Part shown: one piece after another, positions 9,501-19,340 of the stretch
Layout: each line of letters begins with the position of its first letter
Numbering within the stretch: position 1 is the stretch's first letter
Origin: a virus
Lineage: Duplodnaviria > Heunggongvirae > Uroviricota > Caudoviricetes
DNA length: 64,000 bases
Virus record (IMG/VR): IMGVR_UViG_2541047913_000007
Direction: 5' to 3' (one strand)
The notes under the pieces: model-generated
What the model saw: the letters and a program-made list of their open reading frames with translations, nothing else
What the model was told of the DNA's origin: nothing
The model's database searches: none
Made by a program: the position numbers and the translations under genes

Positions 9501-12500
9501 GGATCACCATTTTTATCCACAGCATCAAGCAGCATCACAACCGCATTTCTTTCTGTCGCGGAACGGTAAATTGCATCCGGATTGTGCATCAGTTCCGGAA
9601 GTCTCTCGATAACATCCATTGGCACCACATGTTTCACGCCATTGGTAGCCTTCCGCACAGTGTCGCGGGAGATAACCAGCGGCAAATCTGGTGCGCCAAG
9701 GTGGCGCAATACCGGCGGCGTACGCCCGATGTTTGCAGTCATTGCACCAGAACGTAACGACTTCATCATTCTGGCAAGGTCATCACGATAACGCTCGCCC
9801 TCACCTTCCGGCACTTTGAACGGATCAGGCTTACCGCTACGGGAGTACTGAGACGATGCGCCAGCGCCATCCTCACGCGGCGTGTAACCTTCCCGCACAC
9901 GCTGGCCTAACGTGCGAATAGTTTCGCGAACAAGTCTGATATCGTTCAGCTCTGTCGGCTTCAGTAACCCCGTGCGACGCAGTACCCCTTTGACCAGGGC
10001 AACAACACGCTCCCACGCCGCCACAAATTTATTCGGCTGTTTCTCCGCCATATGTGCCAGAAATTCACCTGCCTGCACTTCCGGTGATTCCTTACCATAA
10101 GACGCATCAACCTTACGCCAGGCGTCACGGATGGTGGCGTTATCACTGTCACGGGTTTTCAGTACGGTCTTAATAATCGTCTGATATTCCGCTGGCGTGA
10201 CTACATGCTCCATTGCATGGTGAATAATCTCGTGACGTAACTTCTCGCGAACGGTCCGCCCGTCAGGGATGTTATCCGCCACCAGGACAATTTCACGTTT
10301 ATCCGGACGATAGAACGCATGCACCCTGCCGTAACCGTCGAACGATTCACCCGCCAGCGCTTCAGCCTCTTTCTGTGACTTCACCACGCGGACCTTCAGG
10401 TCACTGTCCTTAATGCCACTCATCACGCCACGGGCAACCGCTTCAACCTGCGGGACCGGGCTGCCTTTGGCTTCCGCACTGCGGTTAACATCCGAAATGA
10501 GATTGCCTTCAGGTGTGCGGGTCACGCCCTTACGGGAATAAAACGCAACGCCCTTGTCCGTCTCACGGGTTTTCAGCGTACTGAACAGGTGATCGAATGC
10601 ATCACGAATACCGCCATCCAGTTCCGCATTCGTCGGATAAGCCCAGGTGTTATCTGTGTTGTGCTCAGGTGCCTTACGGATATTGACCAGATAATCATTC
10701 TCCACGCCAGCCGTACGCGCTTTATCCTGAACATAACGCTCAAAGGCACGCGCCGCCATTTCAACATCCGTTGACCAGTACGGTTTTGAGCGCACCTCAT
10801 CGAGAAGCGCTGAACGACGCGGCATGTCACTGCTGTTGATCGCTTTCATCACGCCTTTAAACGCGTCGTAAACCTCCTGACGTACCGGATATTCCGCATC
10901 AACATATCTGCCGTCTTTAAATACGCGCCCGGCACGCTGTGCTTCCGTCATATAGTCGCCACCTGACGTGATCTTCCCGTCAGTGGAAACATCATAACGA
11001 CCAAAATAATTATCCAGTGAATGGAACCATTCGTGGGCCAGCGCCCCCGGTCCGTTACCTTTTGTCAGGTTGATTGCCACCTCACCCGGCTCATAGTGTG
11101 CCGCCGCCTTACCCTTACCACGGGCACCAAAAGCAAGCCCAAGACGACCGTTCAGAGAAAGCGCTTTTGTCGGCACGTTCAGCACATCAGCCAGGTCATG
11201 CAGCGAGTCATAAGCCCGGTTCAAATCAGCCTGACGACGCGGACCTTCCACATAATTACCAAACTGCACACCACGAAAACCAAACGCATCACTGAACTGC
11301 TCCGGCGAAACATCCCCCTTGCGGCGTTCTGGTCCGGTACGATCGCGGTTGGTGGCGTTACGCTGCTCCTCACGCGAAATCTCCCGCATCTCCTTCACAT
11401 GACGAACAAGCTCATCACGATGTGAATCAATGTACTTACGCGCATCACTGGCTGACTTAAAGCCACCTCTCACCCGCATTTTGTTTTTGCCGTAAGCGAT
11501 AAAAATATCGCCACTACGGGTATTCCGGTAAACGTCAAAGCTGATTTTGTCATCTGGTGACGGTGCTGTTTTTTCATCACCTTTCGCCCGTGACTTTTCC
11601 TCCTGCTCTGCAAACCAGGCTTTCGCCTTTGTCAGTAATTCATCCCTGCTTTCCGAGAAAAAGAGGTTACTCCCCTTATTGTCCTTATTGCGCAGTGAAT
11701 AAAGTTTCTGTGGCGGATCGTAACGCTTCCCTCCGGCCGCCTGATACACACCGGATACCACCCGATAAGCAGAAGCCTTGTCCATCTGTGAAGGTGGCAG
11801 CGTGCGTAACAGTTGCCAGGTATCCGCATAACGGGAAGGCATTCTTCCCTCCATCCACTCAGCAAGCCGTCCGGCAGTCACTTTTCCTTCCAGCATTCCC
11901 GCCACGCTTGTGCGGATGCTCTTTACACTCTCCACCCACTTCACCGCATTGAGTTTCGTTTTCGCGGGAATATCACTGCGGTACAGCGCAATCATTGCCA
12001 GTGTGTCAGCGTCGGCCCCTTCGTTCGCCAGTTTTGCATAGTCCGGTTTCGGGAACACTTTGCTCAGCGGCTGCGTGAAATAATCCCTGTCTTCCAGCGT
12101 TTTACCCAGTGTTTCGGCAAGCTGTGCATAACGGTGTTTTGCCGCGCCCTTAATCTCCTCACCAAAGTCTTCAATTTTTGCACCACGCGCCTGCTGGTGA
12201 GTGCTCGGTTTATCTACCGGCACCGGCACCGGCACCGGCACCGGCACCTCAGTATCCGGAACATCGGTTATGGTCTGGCGATTATCCCCGGTCTGTCTGC
12301 GCGCTTCTGCCTGCTGTGCCAGTTCCGGAAGGGAGTCACGAACCATACGAGGGAGTGATTCAGGATGTGGCATATCAACCCCACGCTGTTCAGGTGCAGG
12401 AAGTCCTTCACGCACTGGTGCTGTGGCGTTCTGCTCATCCGGTGATGGCAGACCACGACGAACCGGTTCGCCCTCCAGTATTTCCCCCTGGCGACCAGCG

Positions 12501-14884
12501 GCATTTTCCGGTGCCTGCGCACGTCCTTTCTGGAAACTCTGGCCCTTCACCTCACCGGTTGTGGTAAAACGACCACCACGTCCGGCCTGATTTTCATCCG
12601 GCGTACGCGCCACTTCTCCTGGTAACGGATATCCCTGTCCGGGATGAATATCGCCGGGAGCGGGAAGGCGTGGACGCTCAGTTAACTCCTGTGCTGTCGG
12701 ACCGGCATCACCTTCAGCCATCTGTGAACGTACAAGCTCCTCTGCCGTCGGCGCGTTGCCACGGGCAAGGCGGGCCTGCACTTCTGTATCATCCCCCGTG
12801 AAACCACGGAATCGCGGGTCACGCATGAACGCGGGCTGCTCCATCGGTTCAGCATCAGCAATACGCTCTCCGTCAGCCAGGGTGTTAATGGTCTCCGTTG
12901 CCACATCTTCAGAGAACGCAGGATTATCCATTTCAACGGCATACTGATTCTCGCCTTTCTTCACTACGGACGGTTTCAGGCCGGTGGCGCTGGCATTGCG
13001 GAAAACGTCGCTCCCCAGAGCACTTTTTTCATCCGTGAAATAACGGTTGTCCGGACGCACCTTTTCAATGCGTTCTGCTGGTCTGGACGCACCACTCCCG
13101 TTAATTTCAATACGAACTTCATCCGGATCGCGGAACCGCACCGTCGGGTAAATACTCCCGTCGCCATCATCCGCATTTTCCGGCTGTGGCTGTGCCTCCG
13201 GTCTGGCCTCCTGCTGAGGGCGAAGCACATCACGGATAGCCTGTAACTGCTGCTCTTCAGTATCAGTACGCCCTTCCTTCAGGCTGAGTTTTCGGTATTC
13301 CTCAAGCAGTTCAGGGCGCGGCTTCGCCTTCAGCTCATCCATCACCGCCTGTCGCTTCGCCTGTTCATCCAGTTCATTTAACAGCTGGCTGGCGGCTTCC
13401 CGGCGATGAACGGCAGACGTGTCTCCCTCAGGTGCCATATCCGCATCAGCATACTGTTCCAGAAGTTGCTCGCGATTCATGCCCTGCATGGATTCGCGAT
13501 GCTGTGCCACCGGATCAGCCGGTTCGGGTTGCGGGGCTGCTTCACCCTGCTGTACGACTTCAGCCTCACGCATGGCGGTTTCTTCTGCGGCCTGACGTTT
13601 TCCACGATATCCGGCAACCGCACCGAACGGTGCGCCCATCGCTGCACCAAGAGCGGCTCCTTCGATCGTTGCGTCAGCTACCCCCTCCCATGGTGATATA
13701 TCCATTCCGGCAGTCTCACGCAACGTCATATTTTCCTGGTAACGCGAATAGCCGCCCTGCGCCGCATTAATCGTCCCCTGTTCCGTGGCATTTCTGACAA
13801 TGCCGCTTTTAACGGTCTTCGCCGTGCCCCGCATCGCCAGATTAAACAACTGAGCATCGCCCAGTTTTGCCGCCATGGCATTCACAGCCAGCAATTCAGG
13901 ATCGGTTGCCAGCTGCGCGCGCACCTCATCGGCAACACGCTCTTTTGCCAGATCCATTTTCTGGCGATCAGTAAGCTGTGCGTGCTGCGGATCTGCATCA
14001 ATTGACAAAAACGTCTGCTGAAATTTCGGGGACTTCGCCAGCTCAGAGTAATCCGCGTTAAGAACAGAGTCTGCTGCTGCCATTGCACTCTGCCCCTGTG
14101 CGCTGGCTGAGGAATGGGTGATCAGGCCTGCCTGGAATAAATCCGGCATTTTTTTATCGACAGCTTCTGCTGCCAGTGCGGTAGCTCTTTCCGGCTGCAT
14201 CCCTGCCGCAATGTATTTTTTCTCCAGCCCGGCGGTCAGCACTTTTCGCAGAGTGACTTCACCCAGCTTTTTAGTCACACCGCCTGCAACCATATCAGGT
14301 ACAAGGGCACCAATCAGGTTTACGCCCTTCGCCACCCAGACCGCAGAATCATCATATCCTTCAGTCATCGGTGTATTCAGCGCCCGCTGCGCCCCCGGCG
14401 ACATCTTGCCAGTCAGCCATTCATCCGAGGCTTTAGCGCCGCCACTGACTGCCTTGCCTGTGACCTTCAGACCTTTACCGACAGTATCAGTAACCGCATT
14501 TTTTCCATCAGGCAGAGTGTCGATGACCTCATCCGCCCCCTTGCTGCCACCGACAAAAATATCCTGAACAGTTGCGACTCCCGGCAGCCCCATACGGCTG
14601 AACTCATTTAAAATACGCGCCCCTGTTTTTACCGGGTTCTGAATCATCGCATCACCGAGTCCACGGGCCATTTCCCCTGCCCCCCGGACGGACTGGGCGA
14701 CACCTTTCCCCATAGTTGGCAATACATCGCCCAGGCTGAACGACGTGCTGTTGTCCTTCCAGCGATTGGGATCGGAGAAAAACGCATCATAGCTGTCAGT
14801 CTCGCCCGGCTGCTGAATGTTCAGGCTGTTGCGGTTCTGGTTGCCAAATTGCGCTTCAGGGCGCTGTTCATCGGAATAAGCCAT
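6503..14884 (-). CDS. Giant (2793 aa) multidomain virion-associated protein with zincin-like HExxH motifs; candidate polyvalent injected protein
   Basis: Single uninterrupted ORF of 8.4 kb at the distal end of the structural module; contains ALAHEWFHSL and HEIIHHAMEH motifs, Pro/Glu-rich linkers and a (VP)n linker; all internal opposite-strand ORFs are short. Confidence 0.8.
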   Translation of the reverse strand: MAYSDEQRPEAQFGNQNRNSLNIQQPGETDSYDAFFSDPNRWKDNSTSFSLGDVLPTMGKGVAQSVRGAGEMARGLGDAMIQNPVKTGARILNEFSRMGLPGVATVQDIFVGGSKGADEVIDTLPDGKNAVTDTVGKGLKVTGKAVSGGAKASDEWLTGKMSPGAQRALNTPMTEGYDDSAVWVAKGVNLIGALVPDMVAGGVTKKLGEVTLRKVLTAGLEKKYIAAGMQPERATALAAEAVDKKMPDLFQAGLITHSSASAQGQSAMAAADSVLNADYSELAKSPKFQQTFLSIDADPQHAQLTDRQKMDLAKERVADEVRAQLATDPELLAVNAMAAKLGDAQLFNLAMRGTAKTVKSGIVRNATEQGTINAAQGGYSRYQENMTLRETAGMDISPWEGVADATIEGAALGAAMGAPFGAVAGYRGKRQAAEETAMREAEVVQQGEAAPQPEPADPVAQHRESMQGMNREQLLEQYADADMAPEGDTSAVHRREAASQLLNELDEQAKRQAVMDELKAKPRPELLEEYRKLSLKEGRTDTEEQQLQAIRDVLRPQQEARPEAQPQPENADDGDGSIYPTVRFRDPDEVRIEINGSGASRPAERIEKVRPDNRYFTDEKSALGSDVFRNASATGLKPSVVKKGENQYAVEMDNPAFSEDVATETINTLADGERIADAEPMEQPAFMRDPRFRGFTGDDTEVQARLARGNAPTAEELVRSQMAEGDAGPTAQELTERPRLPAPGDIHPGQGYPLPGEVARTPDENQAGRGGRFTTTGEVKGQSFQKGRAQAPENAAGRQGEILEGEPVRRGLPSPDEQNATAPVREGLPAPEQRGVDMPHPESLPRMVRDSLPELAQQAEARRQTGDNRQTITDVPDTEVPVPVPVPVPVDKPSTHQQARGAKIEDFGEEIKGAAKHRYAQLAETLGKTLEDRDYFTQPLSKVFPKPDYAKLANEGADADTLAMIALYRSDIPAKTKLNAVKWVESVKSIRTSVAGMLEGKVTAGRLAEWMEGRMPSRYADTWQLLRTLPPSQMDKASAYRVVSGVYQAAGGKRYDPPQKLYSLRNKDNKGSNLFFSESRDELLTKAKAWFAEQEEKSRAKGDEKTAPSPDDKISFDVYRNTRSGDIFIAYGKNKMRVRGGFKSASDARKYIDSHRDELVRHVKEMREISREEQRNATNRDRTGPERRKGDVSPEQFSDAFGFRGVQFGNYVEGPRRQADLNRAYDSLHDLADVLNVPTKALSLNGRLGLAFGARGKGKAAAHYEPGEVAINLTKGNGPGALAHEWFHSLDNYFGRYDVSTDGKITSGGDYMTEAQRAGRVFKDGRYVDAEYPVRQEVYDAFKGVMKAINSSDMPRRSALLDEVRSKPYWSTDVEMAARAFERYVQDKARTAGVENDYLVNIRKAPEHNTDNTWAYPTNAELDGGIRDAFDHLFSTLKTRETDKGVAFYSRKGVTRTPEGNLISDVNRSAEAKGSPVPQVEAVARGVMSGIKDSDLKVRVVKSQKEAEALAGESFDGYGRVHAFYRPDKREIVLVADNIPDGRTVREKLRHEIIHHAMEHVVTPAEYQTIIKTVLKTRDSDNATIRDAWRKVDASYGKESPEVQAGEFLAHMAEKQPNKFVAAWERVVALVKGVLRRTGLLKPTELNDIRLVRETIRTLGQRVREGYTPREDGAGASSQYSRSGKPDPFKVPEGEGERYRDDLARMMKSLRSGAMTANIGRTPPVLRHLGAPDLPLVISRDTVRKATNGVKHVVPMDVIERLPELMHNPDAIYRSATERNAVVMLLDAVDKNGDPVVSAVHMKATDKRLEINKVASVYGTENGKKLKSMEMAGLTLYRKEKLSRDNPQYSGLQLPKEERSYRGSVDKILYPEDIRKGPYYSRTSSLTPEETIASRFVRQMQDKFQVLKAVQENIRKTGGKIDDSNNAYMAEELFHGKAENDLNVMKERYVQPLAKLLADYKIAQADLDEYLYARHAPERNAHIAKINPKMPDGGSGMTNAEAAEIMQRVRNSGKQAQYDRLAGIVDDMLARRRELIREAGLEESGVVDAWQNAYRYYVPLKGQDVDGVVSLPRTGKGFTIGGRESRQAMGRASRAQSPSTQAIQDLSESLIRNRKNEVGNAFLKLVQDNPDKDYWQVFTDDKPDTMRAIAERVDPETGETRREVVERPVPMAMMADRYFTTKKDGKTYYIKLHDPRLMRAMKNMGPETSNAVIRTLGKVNRFLATVNTSYNPEFLVSNFIRDVQTAVMNLKAEQGRSDGKLKGLDNLSALAVVKDSRSAMSAVYASLRGKTLTGNGAQWQKVWKEFVEDGGKTGWFNMGDLEGQQKEMDRLVSLAKGGWKGQSIGAWHSFLNLVEDANGAVENALRLSAYKHARDAGLSRQQAASLAKNMTVNFNRRGEQGALMNSLYMFANASIQGTANLVRTLGHLNGDGPLPERLRWKNLNVPQKIALAAVGAGYLLGSLNRSVAGEDDDGVNWYDKVPSHVKERNLVIMKSVFGGKAGEYWSIPLPYGYNVFFLLGHTAEGVAAGDLTASRAAGNVVGGILGAFSPVGSETSETLSGALLKNAAPTILRPFANLAMNENFMGAQIYQENMPFGTPKPDSQLGRRSTPEAYKAFASWLNAFSGGSQYRPGAVDITPESLKFWIDYISGGTGRFISKTTDAAVKSLNGIDIPEQQVPFLGKISGEVMPYADQQKMYDRMTEVAQYHAELKSLTGAERTAFIDENNGKLLMNGLMQDTRKRLKDLRKQRDAIYADSSLSLAQQAAMVKSVERDMKVAVDRFNREYNKKVGVD
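12213..12246. repeat. Hexanucleotide tandem repeat (CGGCAC)x5-6 inside the giant ORF, encoding the PVPVPVPVPV linker
   Basis: Direct reading of caccggcaccggcaccggcaccggcacc. Confidence 0.85.
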
Positions 14885-14895
14885 ACAGACTCCAT

Positions 14896-14920
14896 AAAAA
14901 AACCCGGCACAATGACCGGG
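14896..14920 (-). terminator. Intrinsic terminator between internal-protein gene and giant gene
   Basis: Minus-strand hairpin CCCGGTCATTGTGCCGGG followed by TTTTTTT. Confidence 0.55.
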
Positions 14921-14952
14921 TATCAGGAAATAGTATTAACGGGAATGGTGAA

Positions 14953-16218
14953 TTACTGCGCGTAATTCTGTTTCAGACCACGGATAAACTCAGATGCAGA
15001 GGCCGCACTATCATCTCTGGCCTGTTCCCCCCTGGCCTTTTGAATACGGAGAAAATTCGCATACCCGTTCTCCAGCAATTTCTGATTCTGAGGCTCCAGC
15101 ATTTCTGGCTGACGGGAAGCAACTTCTCTGGCGAATGCCTGCTTATCCGGATCATCACCCGCCCAACTGGTAATCCCTTGTTGAATTTTTTGCTGCTGAA
15201 TTTTCTGCTGATGTTGCGGTGAACCAGTTGCAGCGTAATACTCATCCACCGCCGCCTGAGCATTCCCGCCGTTCTTGATCGCTTCCGCCGCTACACTGCT
15301 GGCTCCTTCCTGAAGTTTCGCCAGAGAAAGTCCCTGCTGCTTCGGCGTGAAATAGCCGAAATTTTTCGAAATTTCCGCGAATTTACTGCGATCCCTGACA
15401 AGCTCAACAGCCTTATCAACAGGCACCGCCAGCACGGTTTGATCATCAGGATGTGCACTGCCGTATTCTGTTACAGGTTTATGCGCGGTGGAGCCATCGC
15501 TGTATGTGAGATCAAGGCCAATAAGTACGTACCCTTCCTGCTGCGCCGGTACGATACTGCCAATCCTGGCCTCTTTTATCGTCTTTTTCCCGGTTGAATC
15601 GGGCATGCCAATACGCTGTTGCAGTTCCGGGCCAAACACCCCGGAAAGGACATCAAGATTCTCCGGCGTATTAAGTGAAGCGATAGCCCTGTCTGGCTTG
15701 TCATCAAAGATTTTTTGCAGGTTGTTCACGGCCTGACCCGCTTTCGCTACATAGCCATCATTCGCCATCAGCCTCAGCGGATTACCCTCTGACAACTGGC
15801 CGTAAAGACGCATTGCTGCATCCCGATCGCCAGCATCCACAGCCTTTCCAAGCGCCGCCATCACAGGCTGATCGCGCGCCAGCATATCGTTATACTCAAG
15901 CCGTCGCTGGTTGTATTTCTGCATCCGGAGTCGCTGCTGCTCCATACCCAGCGACGCATTCCGGTAATTCTGGTTGGCGTTAAACTCCCTTTCCTGCAGT
16001 GCATAATTACGGTCGTCGACTTTGGCTCTGTAATCAAAGTTCCGCTGATCAACGTCTTTATTATGTTCAAACTGCGACTGTGCAAATTCAAAATCGCGCT
16101 CGTTATTTTTCTGTTGTTGAGCAAGCTGTGCTTCTCGCAAACCAAGTTCCTTACGACGGGTCATTGCCTGGTCAACCGTGCTGAATCCGGCAAGTAAACC
16201 CTGTGCAAATCCGCTCAT
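14953..16218 (-). CDS. Putative internal virion / ejection protein
   Basis: 421-aa Gln/Ala-rich ORF within structural gene array; no recognisable enzymatic motif. Confidence 0.5.
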   Translation of the reverse strand: MSGFAQGLLAGFSTVDQAMTRRKELGLREAQLAQQQKNNERDFEFAQSQFEHNKDVDQRNFDYRAKVDDRNYALQEREFNANQNYRNASLGMEQQRLRMQKYNQRRLEYNDMLARDQPVMAALGKAVDAGDRDAAMRLYGQLSEGNPLRLMANDGYVAKAGQAVNNLQKIFDDKPDRAIASLNTPENLDVLSGVFGPELQQRIGMPDSTGKKTIKEARIGSIVPAQQEGYVLIGLDLTYSDGSTAHKPVTEYGSAHPDDQTVLAVPVDKAVELVRDRSKFAEISKNFGYFTPKQQGLSLAKLQEGASSVAAEAIKNGGNAQAAVDEYYAATGSPQHQQKIQQQKIQQGITSWAGDDPDKQAFAREVASRQPEMLEPQNQKLLENGYANFLRIQKARGEQARDDSAASASEFIRGLKQNYAQ

Positions 16219-16228
16219 TCACCACTCC

Positions 16229-16480
16229 TTAAAACAAAGAACCAGCAATACCACCTATGACAGCACCAATAGCCGCACCGGGGAGACCACCAACAGCAGC
16301 GCCCATAGCTGCACCCGTACCAATTCCCGTGCCGATATTCTGTTTGTTCTGCGCTTTCTGTTGCGCCGCCATCTGTTTGTTCGCGGCCTCAATTTCTTCA
16401 CGTCGTCTGTCGGCATCACTTATTCCCTGTAATGCCTCACGCCGCGACTGATTCGCAATATCCAGTAAACCGTATCCCAT
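16229..16480 (-). CDS. Small glycine-zipper membrane protein (virion internal protein-like)
   Basis: 83 aa ending GTGIGTGAAMGAAVGGLPGAAIGAVIGGIAGSLF. Confidence 0.45.
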   Translation of the reverse strand: MGYGLLDIANQSRREALQGISDADRRREEIEAANKQMAAQQKAQNKQNIGTGIGTGAAMGAAVGGLPGAAIGAVIGGIAGSLF

Positions 16481-16489
16481 ATTGCCCCC

Positions 16490-16936
16490 TTACGCTGACA
16501 CCAGTTTTCCGCCAACACTCAGTTGTTGTCTTGCAGGTGCAGAAGCCCCCGTCAGTATGTTCATCTGGCGATCCTGCTCTGCTTCACGGATACCATTTTT
16601 CGCGCCAGCAATTGCCAGAGCATTACGCAAACCCAGTGTGTTACTGTTGGGATTATCCGGGCGGCTTACCCCGTATCTCGCCATCTGGTTATCCTGCGCC
16701 ATCTGCGCTGTACGGAGACTGGAAGTGGCAAGGCCGCCCACCCGGGCAAGCTGTGCATTCATCAGGCTGTTGTTCTCACCAAGGTCAGCCAGCCTTGCCA
16801 CGCGGGGCAAATATCTGGTTCGCCAGTCGTCGTATTGCTGGCGTGTCAGCGCGGCGGATGTCTGCCAGTCACCCTGTGGGCGGGCTGCGCCTGAATAACC
16901 AGCCCTTGCGAGAGTTTCGTATTTGCCATACTCCAT
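16490..16936 (-). CDS. Putative internal virion protein
   Basis: 148-aa ORF tightly packed in the array (ends 3 bp before next gene). Confidence 0.45.
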   Translation of the reverse strand: MEYGKYETLARAGYSGAARPQGDWQTSAALTRQQYDDWRTRYLPRVARLADLGENNSLMNAQLARVGGLATSSLRTAQMAQDNQMARYGVSRPDNPNSNTLGLRNALAIAGAKNGIREAEQDRQMNILTGASAPARQQLSVGGKLVSA

Positions 16937-16938
16937 AA

Positions 16939-17595
16939 TTACAGTCTCCAGTTCTGAGCCTGATGCTGAATAGCATTAGCGCCGGTGCCTGGCGTTTTAG
17001 CGCCGCCACCACCTCCGTTACCGCCAGCCTTATGCATCGCGTACGCACCTACAGCTCCCAGACCAGCGCCAACAAGAGAAGCTCGCCCCTGTTGTTTCGT
17101 AAACGCAGCCTGTGCGTCCGATTTAGCTTTTGCCAGACTGCTGTCTGCCAGCGAGTTAAAACTCTGTAACGCATCTGCCTTCTGACCGGAACCGAGAGCC
17201 GCAACATCCTGTAGCCCGGCAATATATTTATCTGCCTGCGATACCTGCCCCCGTGTGGTCGTGTCAATCTGCCCGATCACCTGGTCGCTTTGATTTGCAT
17301 CCATTACTGCATTAAAACGACCACTGGATGGGTCAACGCCGGACTGAGCAAGATTACCCGCCAGCTCCCTTCGCGCTTCACCAAACTGTTTCTGATACCC
17401 AAGATTTGTTGTGCCTGCGATATTTTCGTACTGCTGCTCACTGTTAAGGTCATCGACCTTTTTCATGAAGTTATCTTCTGCCGGACGGAGAATATTTTTG
17501 TAATCCTGCCACCCTTTCCAGGCCACCTCTTCCTGTGCTATTTGCGCTGCTGTTGGTTTTACTTTGGTATCACCACCACCTTTACTTCCGCCCAT
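16939..17595 (-). CDS. Putative internal virion protein (Gly-rich C-terminus)
   Basis: 218-aa ORF, operon packing. Confidence 0.45.
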   Translation of the reverse strand: MGGSKGGGDTKVKPTAAQIAQEEVAWKGWQDYKNILRPAEDNFMKKVDDLNSEQQYENIAGTTNLGYQKQFGEARRELAGNLAQSGVDPSSGRFNAVMDANQSDQVIGQIDTTTRGQVSQADKYIAGLQDVAALGSGQKADALQSFNSLADSSLAKAKSDAQAAFTKQQGRASLVGAGLGAVGAYAMHKAGGNGGGGGAKTPGTGANAIQHQAQNWRL

Positions 17596-17612
17596 AATGG
17601 CTCCTCAGATAA

Positions 17613-17636
17613 CAAAAAACCCTGCCGGAGCAGGGT
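17613..17636 (-). terminator. Intrinsic terminator within structural operon
   Basis: Minus-strand hairpin CCCTGCTCCGGCAGGG followed by TTTTTTG. Confidence 0.5.
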
Positions 17637-17688
17637 CAGAATGTGAATTGCAATGTGGGTTTACGCTCGATGATGAATACAGTGGCAG

Positions 17689-18090
17689 TCAGACTGCTAT
17701 CCTGAACACCATGAAGCCATCCTCATCATCCGGCATTCGCTCAAAGCCCAGACGTTTTCCCAGCCGGATAAATCCTCGTCTTGCCGTATGAAATTCGGCC
17801 CAGCGTCCGCCAGCCAGGCGGGTTAATGTCTTCACCTCCGGCAGATAACGCTCAACACTCTTACTCCCCGTACACACGCCCAGTAACACCAGAACATAAG
17901 GGATACCATCGTCACTGAGCACAGAACGCAGCACCAGAAAACCATCCGGCGCTTCAAAGCAAAACGCCTGCTTTTTAAGGCAGGCGTCTTTAACTTCATT
18001 CATAAATTCAGGGTTGCGGGAATTTCTCACAACACGCTGCATATACCGGAGAATTCTGTCGTCCATTCTCTCACCTGAAACGGGTGCCAT
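17689..18090 (-). CDS. Hypothetical phage protein
   Basis: 133-aa ORF; start uncertain. Confidence 0.35.
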   Translation of the reverse strand: MAPVSGERMDDRILRYMQRVVRNSRNPEFMNEVKDACLKKQAFCFEAPDGFLVLRSVLSDDGIPYVLVLLGVCTGSKSVERYLPEVKTLTRLAGGRWAEFHTARRGFIRLGKRLGFERMPDDEDGFMVFRIAV

Positions 18091-18519
18091 ATCGGCTGAA
18101 CCTCAGCAACCAGTTGACGGGGACTTTCGTCCCCGTCGCGGTTTTCCTACTGCTTACACTGTAAGAACGCCGCAAACTCCGCTCCCCACAAATTCAGCCG
18201 GAACTCACACAACGAGCCGTGTAACATCCAGATGGTGAAGATTACCGTCATACAAATTGTGACGGTGATGAGCGATTTTTGCGACATAGCGCTTGCCTCC
18301 TGAGTGGAGAGGCGCTAACCTTCTACTTGCTTAAGGTATGATGGTTAGGGCCTCGGGTTAAACAAAATGTTTGACTCGGGGCCTTTCCACATCAGGCCTT
18401 CAGGTTCTCCCTCCAGCCATCAGCCGAAAGGCACCCGCGCATAATCTACGATTTTTGCCCTGCACGGGCAACAAAAAACCCGCCATCACAGCGGGTTATG
18501 ACATGTTGTCGGGTATTAC

Positions 18520-19254
18520 TCAGAATTTCAGGCCAATGCCTGCAAATAAACCATCAGTTTTCCAGTCGCCAGAGCCTGAGCTTTCATAAGTGACGTCCAT
18601 AGTAACACTTTCATTGAAGTTAAATTGCGCGCCGACAGACCATGCAATAGACGTTTTTTTGGTGCTGTTACTTTCAGAAAAACTACCGGCACCATGATTA
18701 AGATTGTCGTTAATTTTCAAGTCAGTGGTGACTTTTGCACCCCCCATACCAGCCATTGCATACACACTGAGGTATTCGTTAAACCGCCACGAAGGACCGG
18801 ATAGTAGACTCCAGTAATTAGCCCTGATATCAGTTCTCGCTGAAGCTGCCGGATTTTTAACCTCTCTGGATTCATCTCCTGGGTTAATATCAATAAATGC
18901 CTGCGCATTAGTCATAGAACGCGCCCATGTAAAAGATGTTATAACACCAATCTCATCCGTTATCTCATAACGATACCTGATGCTCATCCCCTGAGGAGAT
19001 TTGCCTTTGCCATCATGCCCCCGGACAGAAGCATCTGCATATTCGCCTGAATTGAAGTAGTGTCTGTTTGTAAAACGGTTAAAAGTATCAAGATTATAAA
19101 GACTTAAATCCTTAACAAAATTGTTCAGTCCAGAGAGCTGAAGATGAGCGTATCCGAAAGAAACTGTACTGTCACCTTGTGCTGCACAGGCAGGGGCTGC
19201 TACAAAACTCATCACAAAAGTTGTGCACGCAAAAATAATTCTGGTATGTTTCAT
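18520..19254 (-). CDS. Outer membrane beta-barrel protein of the Ail/Lom/OmpX family
   Basis: Signal peptide (MKHTRIIFACTTFVMSFVAAPACA), alternating beta-strand pattern, C-terminal ...GIGLKF. Confidence 0.75.
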   Translation of the reverse strand: MKHTRIIFACTTFVMSFVAAPACAAQGDSTVSFGYAHLQLSGLNNFVKDLSLYNLDTFNRFTNRHYFNSGEYADASVRGHDGKGKSPQGMSIRYRYEITDEIGVITSFTWARSMTNAQAFIDINPGDESREVKNPAASARTDIRANYWSLLSGPSWRFNEYLSVYAMAGMGGAKVTTDLKINDNLNHGAGSFSESNSTKKTSIAWSVGAQFNFNESVTMDVTYESSGSGDWKTDGLFAGIGLKF

Positions 19255-19340
19255 TTTTAGACTTTTCCTATAATAAAATAACCCCGTATTATCTAAGATG
19301 AATTTAGTTTTATTACTTAATATTCATACTGACAGGCATA

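Noticed and set aside
6761-14567. Dozens of 60-180 aa ORFs on both strands inside the giant gene (for example 7812-8321, 11813-12358, 12201-12590, 14118-14567)
   Set aside because: All are embedded in or antisense to a single uninterrupted 8.4-kb ORF; they are frame artefacts of GC-rich coding DNA.
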